This document shows positions 1 through 8,800 of a stretch of 64,000 bases of DNA, piece by piece; position 1 is the stretch's first letter; every line of letters begins with the position of its first letter. Made by a program: the position numbers and the translations under genes. The notes below the pieces were generated by a model. It was not told the DNA's origin, made no database searches, and saw only the letters and a list, made by a program, of their open reading frames with translations. The stretch is taken from NCBI GenBank assembly GCA_018267385.1, contig JAFDYN010000008.1, positions 259,764-323,763 of the forward strand, written 5' to 3'. The stretch is from Bacteroidota bacterium. Its GTDB lineage: Bacteria > Bacteroidota > Bacteroidia > Chitinophagales > LD1.

Positions 1-322
1 AAGGATTGTCCGCGGCCTTCTTTTTATCGCCATCTGCTATAGAGGAGCTGAGCATGTATATCGTTACTTTTTTGGGTAGCCGGTCTTGTAGCGCTGCATA
101 TTCATCCAGAAACTGCCAGCCATCCATACGCGGCATATTGATGTCGAGCAGTATCAGGTCAGGCAGCTCATCTGCATCAGTGAGATGAGCGGTCAGATGG
201 TCTATGGCATGGTCGCCATCTGAGAAAGTCGTGATATCTGCCTCATCATCTACATCTGTGATGAGGAATTTGGCGAGATGAGTATATGCCGGGTCATCAT
301 CTACTATCCATAGTTTGGTCAT
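1..322 (-). CDS. Response regulator receiver-domain protein (C-terminal part lies outside the window)
   Basis: Not in the ORF track because it runs off the window edge. The reverse-strand ATG at 322..320 gives MTKLWIVDDDPAYTHLAKFLI...PDLILLDINMPRMDGWQFL...IYMLSSS. This is a CheY-like receiver with an acidic DDD pocket and a phospho-acceptor Asp in LLDINMP. Confidence 0.8.
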   Translation of the reverse strand, partial: MTKLWIVDDDPAYTHLAKFLITDVDDEADITTFSDGDHAIDHLTAHLTDADELPDLILLDINMPRMDGWQFLDEYAALQDRLPKKVTIYMLSSSIADGDKKKAADNP

Positions 323-468
323 GCTATGCTGGGTATGGTGAATAAAAAATCCGGTGGAGTGGCCGGATATCACAGGAGGATCAAAACTATACCCTAAACT
401 AGTGAATATCCTGCCACCTAGATAAGCCCATAAGTGTTAAAATAAAAAGTATAAAGACTAAGAGCTTT

Positions 469-1335
469 ATGCTTCCGTTCTGTTGCCATATTTCAAAACC
501 TGATAGCCCCGTGATAGCGAAAAGGCCAATGATACTACTGGCTGCACTACTGCTCACAGTGCGCGCCGCTGCAGATGGAGACGAGATAGATATCCGCATT
601 ATCAAAAAGCGGCATCCCTCTCTCGACCTGATAGCCATAGACCAATCTGCCGATCAGATACCAATGCTGAATTGGGATGAAACCTACAAGGTGATCGTAC
701 GTGACGTAGATGTACGGTGGATACAGGGTGCCTCATCTACTATCGGCCATCTCTACAGGCAGGATAGCGTACTCTGCATCCGCCTGCCGTACGCGCGTAT
801 GAAAACCCTTGATTCTTTCGTAGTCACTGTCGCGTTTCGATCTGCGGCCCGCGTAGATAGTTACTCCGTCTCGCGCCGGTTTTATATCAAGCCCAATCAA
901 ACAGTCTATATCCCACCACCATGGCAGCGCAGGGGGCTATACCTCCGCTGGGGTGCCCCGCGTTTGTGGTACCATCCTGCGTGGTACTACAATAGGACGA
1001 TCTCGTCCTGGTCCATGATCAAAAGGCACAACCTGGCTGACATCTCCGCCGAGCCCATCCGCTACCAAAACTATGATGACCGGGACACTACCCTTACCAC
1101 ATTTGACTCGCTGTATGTCGTGATCTACAACAGGCACCACACCTACCGCTATCATGTAGCCGGATCATCTCTGCCCTCAGATGCCATAGAGGTGATACGC
1201 GCCTCCCGCCCCAGTGACAGCGTGCGGCTCATGATGTATTATTATGACAAGGATACCAAAGAAGTCAGGCACAAGACACTCTATATCTCTCTGCATACGG
1301 GTCTCATTATATCCGGCTTCAGCTCGTGGGGATGA
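469..1335 (+). CDS. Hypothetical protein
   Basis: Long 288-codon ORF. The real start is possibly M21 (position 529, MILLAALLL hydrophobic N-terminus). No family recognised. Its first ~170 nt overlap a competing 79-aa reverse ORF. Confidence 0.45.
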   Translation: MLPFCCHISKPDSPVIAKRPMILLAALLLTVRAAADGDEIDIRIIKKRHPSLDLIAIDQSADQIPMLNWDETYKVIVRDVDVRWIQGASSTIGHLYRQDSVLCIRLPYARMKTLDSFVVTVAFRSAARVDSYSVSRRFYIKPNQTVYIPPPWQRRGLYLRWGAPRLWYHPAWYYNRTISSWSMIKRHNLADISAEPIRYQNYDDRDTTLTTFDSLYVVIYNRHHTYRYHVAGSSLPSDAIEVIRASRPSDSVRLMMYYYDKDTKEVRHKTLYISLHTGLIISGFSSWG

Positions 1336-1359
1336 GTAGCAAATCTTATTTTTACTGCC

Positions 1360-2886
1360 ATGCTATACTCCTACCGCCTGCTCGCTGCTGCACTGCTGAT
1401 GGTTTGGTCTGTTTGTGCCACCGCGCAGACCCACAGCCGCACGCTGCCGGACCGCATGTATGCAGATAGTGCCTATGCGCCGTTTCTCTTTGGTGTGGCC
1501 TCGGGAGATCCTGCGCAGACCCGCGTCATCATCTGGACCCGTGCTGAGGTGGCGGGCCCGCTGCGGTGGCAGGTAGCACAGGACAGCGCCTTCACGCACA
1601 TACTGCGCAGTGGCATGACATACTGTACTGCCGCCCGTGACTATACCACACAGGTAGATGTAGACGGCCTGCTGCCGACCCATCATTACTATTATCGCTT
1701 TACTACGGCCTCCGGCCAAAACTCTCAAACCGGCCGCGCACTCACGCTGCCTGATAACTCAGTGAGGCACTTCCGCCTCGCGCTGGTCTCCTGCTCCGGC
1801 GCCTGGTCTGGCTATTTCAATGCCTATCGCCGCATAGCACAGCGCGATGATATAGACTACCTCGTGCATGTAGGCGACTATATCTATGACGATGTAGATC
1901 CAGATGAGCATGTACGCATGCCTGACCCTGAGCCGCAAAACCCCTCTACGCTTGCAGAGTGGCGCGACCGCCATCTCTACTATCTACTGGACCCGGACCT
2001 GCGCCAGGCCCGGCAAAATAAAACCTGGATAGCGGAGTGGGATAATCATGACAACCACTACAGCAACTTCGAGCACAATGCAGATGGCCTCACAGCCTTC
2101 TACGAGTACCTCCCCATACGCATGCCAGATACCACGCATCCGGAGTATATCTTCCGCCGCTTCCAGTTTGGTGCGCTGGCAGACCTGCACATGATAGACA
2201 TGTATCTATTCCGTGGCCGCGAGGATTTTGCCGCAGGCAAAAAGTCAATACTGGGCAATGTACAGGATGCATGGTTCAAGCATAGCCTCGCGCAGTCTAC
2301 TACCACCTGGCACCTGCTGGGCAATCAGGAGATGCTCGGCAGCTGGCTGAGCAAGGGCATACCTTCATCTATGCACCCGCCCGGCGATGGCACTTATTTT
2401 AATCCGCAGGATTGGGATGGCTACGCAGATGACCGCCTGCGCTTCTACCAGTATCTCGATACTGCACACATACACAATCTGGTGACACTGACGGGTGACC
2501 TGCACATGTCTTTTATCATAGACCTCGCTCCTGATCCCCGTGACCGCAAAACATATAAACGCTGCACCGGCCGGGGTTCTGTAGGCGTAGAGGTACTCAC
2601 ACCGAGTATCACTGCCGGCAATATGGACGAGGAGCACATACCACGCGCCTTTATCCCGCTCTTTCAGCGCATCAGCCTAGACCTCAATCCGCACCACCGC
2701 TGGGTCCAATTCTGGAAGCACGGCTACACCATTATAGATGTCACACCTGAGCGCTGTGTGGCGCAGTTTTGCTATCTCGATATCCTGCACTATTCGGATC
2801 GGGAGACTTACAGCCGGCCCTTTGTGGTCAGGACAGGCGCAGATCACTGGGATAGAAAGAAATACAAGAAAAGGGACTTCAGATAA
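1360..2886 (+). CDS. phoD: Alkaline phosphatase D (PhoD) family phosphodiesterase/phosphatase, secreted
   Basis: Signal peptide MLYSYRLLAAALLMVWSVCATAQ. PhoD hallmark FLFGVASGDP...VIIWTR at the N-terminus. Metallophosphatase-like HVGDYIYD and WDNHD motifs. Confidence 0.85.
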   Translation: MLYSYRLLAAALLMVWSVCATAQTHSRTLPDRMYADSAYAPFLFGVASGDPAQTRVIIWTRAEVAGPLRWQVAQDSAFTHILRSGMTYCTAARDYTTQVDVDGLLPTHHYYYRFTTASGQNSQTGRALTLPDNSVRHFRLALVSCSGAWSGYFNAYRRIAQRDDIDYLVHVGDYIYDDVDPDEHVRMPDPEPQNPSTLAEWRDRHLYYLLDPDLRQARQNKTWIAEWDNHDNHYSNFEHNADGLTAFYEYLPIRMPDTTHPEYIFRRFQFGALADLHMIDMYLFRGREDFAAGKKSILGNVQDAWFKHSLAQSTTTWHLLGNQEMLGSWLSKGIPSSMHPPGDGTYFNPQDWDGYADDRLRFYQYLDTAHIHNLVTLTGDLHMSFIIDLAPDPRDRKTYKRCTGRGSVGVEVLTPSITAGNMDEEHIPRAFIPLFQRISLDLNPHHRWVQFWKHGYTIIDVTPERCVAQFCYLDILHYSDRETYSRPFVVRTGADHWDRKKYKKRDFR

Positions 2887-3020
2887 AATAGCGACGGATC
2901 ATTTTGTGGTCAGGCATCCTGATTTATGATCTCATTAAAAGTGGAGCATGGAATGATTGTTGTTTTTCATACCTACCGTGAAAACTTTTATCTTACGACT
3001 CTTAAACTCAATCTTGCATC

Positions 3021-4661
3021 ATGTCTCTCAGTCCTCTGGCAGGTCAGCCTGCCTCACAGCAACCTCCCATCGATCTGGATAAACTCATAGCCGCCTACTA
3101 CGATCAGAAACCTGACCCTGCCGTAGCAGCGCAGAAGGTCATCTTTGGTACGTCAGGCCATCGCGGCTCGTCTCTCGATTGTTCTTTCAATGAAGACCAT
3201 ATACTCGCCATCACACAGGCCATCTGCGACTACCGGCGGAAGCAGGGCATCAATGGTCCGCTGTATATCGGTATAGATACGCACGCACTGTCAGAGCCGG
3301 CCTACCGCTCTGCCCTTGAGGTACTCGCTGCCAATGGTGTAGAAACGATGATCGCTGCAGATGGTGAGTACACACCTACGCCGGTCATCTCGCACGCTAT
3401 TTTGATATACAATAAGGACCGCAAAGACGGCCTGGCAGATGGCATTGTGATCACACCCTCCCACAATCCACCGCGCGATGGCGGCTTCAAATACAATCCG
3501 CCTAATGGTGGCCCCTCCTCTACTGAGGTCAGCAATATCATACAGGCACAGGCCAATGAACACCTGAAGGCTAAACTCAGCGGCGTAAAGCGTATAACCT
3601 ATGAGCAGGCCGCCAAAGCTGCCACCACGCATAGCTACGACTACAAGCCTAACTATATCTCAGACCTCGCCTCTATCGTCAATATGGAGGCCATCCGTAG
3701 CAGCGGTTTGCGCCTGGGAGCAGATCCGCTGGGGGGCGCAGGCGTGCACTACTGGCAGCCTATAGCAGAGCAGTACCGCCTGGATATGACCATAGTGAAT
3801 GGGCAGGTGGATAAGACCTTTAAATTTATGACGCTGGACTGGGACGGGCAGATACGTATGGACCCTAGCTCTCCCTATGCCATGCGCAGCCTGATAGGCA
3901 TAAAGGATAAGTTTGATATCTCCTTTGCCTGTGATACAGACCATGACCGTCACGGCATCGTGACGCGCAGCACCGGCCTCCTGCCGCCCAATCACTACCT
4001 CGCAGTGATGATACAGTACCTGATCATGCATCGCCCGCACTGGAATGCATCTGCAGCTATATCCAAGACACTGGTGAGCAGCCAGATGATAGACCGCGTA
4101 GTCAAAAAACTAGGCCGCAAACTGTATGAGGTGCCTGTAGGGTTCAAATGGTTTGTAGATGGACTCTACGACGGGTCATTGTGCTTTGGTGGTGAGGAGA
4201 GTGCCGGGGCCATCTTCTCGCGCATGAATGGTGAGGTATGGACCACCGACAAGGATGGCATGGTACCCGCGCTGCTCTCCGCAGAGATCATGGCCGTGAC
4301 CGGCAAAGACCCCGGCGAGATATACAATGATCTGACCAAGGAGTTTGGCGAGTCACACTACACACGCATAGAGGCTGCCGCCAGCACCGAGCAGAAATCA
4401 AAGCTCTCAAAGCTCAATCCCTCTGCTATCACTACCAAAGACCTGGCCGGAGAGAAGATCACACAGATACTCTCTAATGCTCCCGGCAATAATGCTCCGA
4501 TAGGCGGCATCAAGATAGAGAGCGAAAGCGGCTGGTTTGCCGCGCGCCCGTCAGGCACTGAGGATATCTACAAGATCTACGGCGAGAGCTTCAAAAGCGA
4601 AGCACACCTCAAACAGATATTAGATGAAGCACAGACGATCGTGACAGCAGCCATCAAATAA
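3021..4661 (+). CDS. pgm: Phosphoglucomutase, alpha-D-glucose-phosphate specific
   Basis: 546 aa. Contains TSGHRGSS, the active-site-Ser loop TPSHNPP, the metal loop DTDHDRHG and the sugar-binding GGEESAG, the same order as enterobacterial Pgm. Confidence 0.92.
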   Translation: MSLSPLAGQPASQQPPIDLDKLIAAYYDQKPDPAVAAQKVIFGTSGHRGSSLDCSFNEDHILAITQAICDYRRKQGINGPLYIGIDTHALSEPAYRSALEVLAANGVETMIAADGEYTPTPVISHAILIYNKDRKDGLADGIVITPSHNPPRDGGFKYNPPNGGPSSTEVSNIIQAQANEHLKAKLSGVKRITYEQAAKAATTHSYDYKPNYISDLASIVNMEAIRSSGLRLGADPLGGAGVHYWQPIAEQYRLDMTIVNGQVDKTFKFMTLDWDGQIRMDPSSPYAMRSLIGIKDKFDISFACDTDHDRHGIVTRSTGLLPPNHYLAVMIQYLIMHRPHWNASAAISKTLVSSQMIDRVVKKLGRKLYEVPVGFKWFVDGLYDGSLCFGGEESAGAIFSRMNGEVWTTDKDGMVPALLSAEIMAVTGKDPGEIYNDLTKEFGESHYTRIEAAASTEQKSKLSKLNPSAITTKDLAGEKITQILSNAPGNNAPIGGIKIESESGWFAARPSGTEDIYKIYGESFKSEAHLKQILDEAQTIVTAAIK

Positions 4662-4684
4662 ACATGACCTAACACATCAATAAT

Positions 4685-4714
4685 AAAGGCCCTTACGGGC
4701 CTTTATATTTTTTT
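4685..4714 (+). terminator. Rho-independent terminator between convergent pgm and PorP/SprF genes
   Basis: Hairpin aaaggccc-ttac-gggccttt (4685..4704) followed by a T-rich run ending at 4714. Confidence 0.7.
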
Positions 4715-4744
4715 GCGCTTTTGCGTTTTTGCTGTTAAAAACTT

Positions 4745-5800
4745 CTACATCACCGGACAGAGGAATGGCCGCGGCTTCCTCTTCAGGCAGCCCTGGTACA
4801 TGATGGCCAGCTCCGGTGCGCCATAGGTCTGCGTACCCGGCGTCAGCTTTGACACGTTGATATCATAGCTGAATCCTATCGTCAGTCCCTTTATATCCAG
4901 GCGTGTCTGCAGAATCACAGCATCCAGCGGCGCGCGAAACTGTGCGCCCAGGTAGAAGAAAGTCGTGCTGGTGTTATTGCCCAGCTTGAGCCTCACCAGT
5001 GAGCCGAAGTTGTACTGCTGTGCCGGTCCCTGAAAGAGGAGCATAAAGTTGGGCATGATCCATACCTTATCACCGACCATAAACGAGCCACCTCCATGGA
5101 AAGTCGTCTTGATATACAGCTTATCACCTCCGGTGTTATTATACAGGCCGGGTGAGTACCACGAGATGTTTGGCTGGTTCACATGGCTCACCGCCAGGCC
5201 AAAGTACAGGTTGTGGCGGCGCTGCTTGAAGCTGATAGAATACAACGCACCTACACCAGCATCGATGTAGATCATGTTATTCCGCGCAAAGGTCTCTTTC
5301 GGTAGACTGGGATCATATTTGCCTGTCACCGGATCATACTGATCGTCATAGGTAGACTTGTTCGGGTTGAAGCCTCTGTGGTTGACTCCTATCTGCAGGC
5401 CTACAGAGAGAGATGAGTTGCCCCGCCTATCCAGCATAAAGTGATAAGCTGCGGTCACATCTCCCCTGTTCATATTGTAGCCCGTAGCACCGGCTACGTC
5501 AGACTGTATGGAGATACCTATACCGGCGAAGCTCTGTACCTTGGTAGGCCTGCCCACCGACACATCTCCCGATGCGCCAAAGGTGGTGTAGGTATTCCCT
5601 CCGGACACCGTATTCCATTGCGTACGCGCATTGAGCGCTACGCGGTAGTCGCAGGCGTTGAGGCCCGCCAGTGCAGGGTTCAGCTCCATGGGAGCATAGT
5701 TGTACTGAGAGAGGTGTGTATCCTGAGCTATGGATGGCAGGCTGCAGGCTGCTATGATGCATGCTGTATAGCCTATTTTATTCAATATCCTTTGTAGCAT
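4745..5800 (-). CDS. PorP/SprF-family type IX secretion system membrane protein
   Basis: Signal peptide followed by the family-typical N-terminus AQDTHLSQYNYAPMELNPALAGL. Beta-barrel-like alternating sequence. Lies 10 nt downstream of a type-B CTD cargo gene. Confidence 0.85.
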   Translation of the reverse strand: MLQRILNKIGYTACIIAACSLPSIAQDTHLSQYNYAPMELNPALAGLNACDYRVALNARTQWNTVSGGNTYTTFGASGDVSVGRPTKVQSFAGIGISIQSDVAGATGYNMNRGDVTAAYHFMLDRRGNSSLSVGLQIGVNHRGFNPNKSTYDDQYDPVTGKYDPSLPKETFARNNMIYIDAGVGALYSISFKQRRHNLYFGLAVSHVNQPNISWYSPGLYNNTGGDKLYIKTTFHGGGSFMVGDKVWIMPNFMLLFQGPAQQYNFGSLVRLKLGNNTSTTFFYLGAQFRAPLDAVILQTRLDIKGLTIGFSYDINVSKLTPGTQTYGAPELAIMYQGCLKRKPRPFLCPVM

Positions 5801-5810
5801 AGTTTTCTCC

Positions 5811-8800
5811 TTATCTGATGAGGGTTACGTTACCCTTGCCCGAGATAGTCTGACCCGTAGTACATACTACCTCAAATACATAAACAAAGACTCCTGAGTT
5901 TTCCGGCCTGGCCTTATCATTGCGCTTGCCTCCGTTCCATGCTGCATCTTCAGGCGTATCGGCATTGGATATATCATGTACCAGATTGCCCCAGCGGTCA
6001 TAGATACGGAAGTAGTTGACCTTAGTGATGCCCTGCCCTCGTATACGGAAGACATCATTGTTGCCATCAGCATTTGGCGTGAAGGTGTTAGGGATATAGA
6101 TCAGCGAGTTATCGCATGATGTGATCACCGTCACTGTCACGCTTGCGCGGTTTGAGCAGGTCACGCCATTCTTGCTATAGTAGATGGTAGCATTGTAGGT
6201 GGTGGTCTGGTGCGGTCTGGCTATAGGGTTACGGCAGGTACGGCAGCTCAGTGTGCTATCCGGATCCCATACGATACTGTCTATCGTACCCTTCACGGTA
6301 GAGCTCACATCAGAGCTCAGGCCCAGCACTATATTTTCTGGATTGGCCGAGGCCTCTACTGGTACCGAGTCTATCACATACACAGTCACAGTATCTATCT
6401 TTGGCGTACAGTGCCCGAAGTATACATGCAGCAGGTACTGCATAGGCTGGCGTGGTGTGATGACTACATCTGTGTCATTCGGATTATCTATGTATGATGG
6501 CGGTGTCCACTGCACGGATCCGAAGAGCCCCGTGACGTGGAAACCAACTGAGTAGCCCAGACAGATGGTCGTATCCTTATTAGGATATACTGTATCTATC
6601 GGCTCTGCTATGATCACTATATCATTGCAGCCGTCGGGGCTCTGGCATCCATATACATCTTCCACTGCGAAGCATACATGATAAGTACCCGGTGTCATAA
6701 ACGTACGATGAAGCACAGCAGAGTCATCTGGCTGTATGGAACCGTTTATACTCCAGTGGTAGTGACTGATAGCGCCGTCTCCTATGGTCCAGTTGCCAGC
6801 TATGCTATTCGGGCGGTCTATACAGTTAGTGTCTGCTGCAGTAGAGGAGGTAGGTATGCGGTGTACAGTCACGCTCTGACGGGCAGTATCTATGCATCCG
6901 TTCGCATCTGTCTGCACCAGTGTCACAGTATATGCTCCGGCTATACTGTAGGTATATGTATCAGGGGAGGTAGTAAACTCAGGTGTACCGTCTGACTGCA
7001 TATCTATACCAAAAGCAGCCAGGGGCGCAGAGATACCTGCGGTGGAGTTATTCGTCACTGTCACCGGGGCGCCTAGGCAGACTGAGGCCGGTGCCACCAT
7101 CAGAGCTGCATGTGGCTTGTCACCGAGGGTCAGTGAGTTGTATACTGTATCCCTGCACCCCAGCGCGCTGATCACTACCAGCGTATCCTGATAGGTGCCG
7201 GGGGCAAAGTAACTGTGAGATACTGTCTGTCCCGATCCTGTACTGCCATCTCCAAACCACCAAAGGAACGAAGAGGCGCTGCTATGTGTGACCTGTGCCG
7301 TAGCCGTAAACTGAGTCGTCTGCCCTAGGCACAGACCGGTAGTACTACTGCTGGCCGTGATGGTAGATACAGAGACATGCACCGTGTCATAGGTATAGCA
7401 GCGCGGTACATCACCGGCACGGGCTATATAGAATGTATCCGTCTGCGGCGTCACTACAGGAGCAGCATTGTTGGTAGTATCTATGTTATAATACGTATCC
7501 CAGTGTAGTGGCGGCGAGCCGCTGGCGGAGAGCGTAGCAGAGCTGCCCAGGCAGATAGTCTGATCTGGTCCCACGGTCAGCGTGGCGATCGGTTTTACCA
7601 CTATATTCTGATAGTCTGTATCAGAGCAGCCGTAGCCGTCAGTGATGGTGAGCGAGGCTATATAGTTCCCCCCTACAGTATAGTTATATGATGTATCCTG
7701 ATAGGTATTATAGACGGTGTTATTATAGCCTATATTCCATTGTCCGCTGACTATAGATGTACTATCATCTACCGTACTGGAGTCTGTAAAGTGCAATAGC
7801 AACGGTACACAGCCTATGGTATCATCCATGACCAGCCGCGCCACGGGTGGTGCCTGTACATGTACGTGTCTGGTCAGGCTGCCTGTACAGCCCAGATTGG
7901 TCCGCACGGAGAGCGTCACATTATAGTCACCCGGTGCAGCATAGGTGTGACATGGATTAGGGGTAGAGTCTGCCGGAGTACCATCACCAAAATCCCACGC
8001 CCGCTGCACCGAGTGGGAGTATATTGAGTTGTAGGTGGTCAGCTTGGTAAAGCATACCGTATTGTTACCGCAAGCCTGGAAGGTATCCGCAAAATTTACT
8101 GTAGGTGTATCTATGACCACGGGTATAGAGTCTCCCGTAGGGTCCTCCAGCGTATATAGCTGCATACAGCTCGTATCAGGCAGCTGCCACGATCGCACAT
8201 ATGGTCGGTACACATTGATATTGCAGTAGGTGATGGTCACGGTATCCAGCGTAGGGTTGGCCTGCGTACCCCTCGGTATCGGCATATTGATAAAGGATGG
8301 AATACCATTATCAGATTGGATCACGATTGAATCTGCATCATAAGAACTAATGAAAAGCCGCACAGGGGTGCAGCCGCAGCCACCGGCCTTTTCAGAGGTC
8401 ATATGCACCACAGGCCCCTTGGCATGGATGGTATATCTCCTGGAGGTATCTGAGCAGCCGTGGCATGACTGTACTATGTGTGTAATGACAAAATTGCCCG
8501 GACGGTAGTAGATGTGAGAAGGATTGCGCGCCGTATCGGTATGGCTGCCATCGCCAAAATCCCAATAATAAGAGCAGATATTATTCGTGGACATATCCAT
8601 AAACGGATTGATAATGATCCGGGGGCATAGATTGGCCGTATCCTGGAGATTTGAAAAAGTATAATCAGCTACGGGGTTTCTGACCGTGACTGATTTGCAG
8701 ATGGTATCGCGGCAGATATTATACCTATCTATCGCTACCAGGCATACATTGCCTGTCCCTTGATTGGCAAACTGGCAAGAGAAAGATGGCACATCGCCAG

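Noticed and set aside
399-638. 79-aa reverse ORF just upstream of the response regulator, possibly a small membrane protein.
   Set aside because: It overlaps the 5' part of the longer 469..1335 ORF and has no recognisable family. I cannot decide between the two from the sequence alone, so I kept only the longer ORF, at low confidence.
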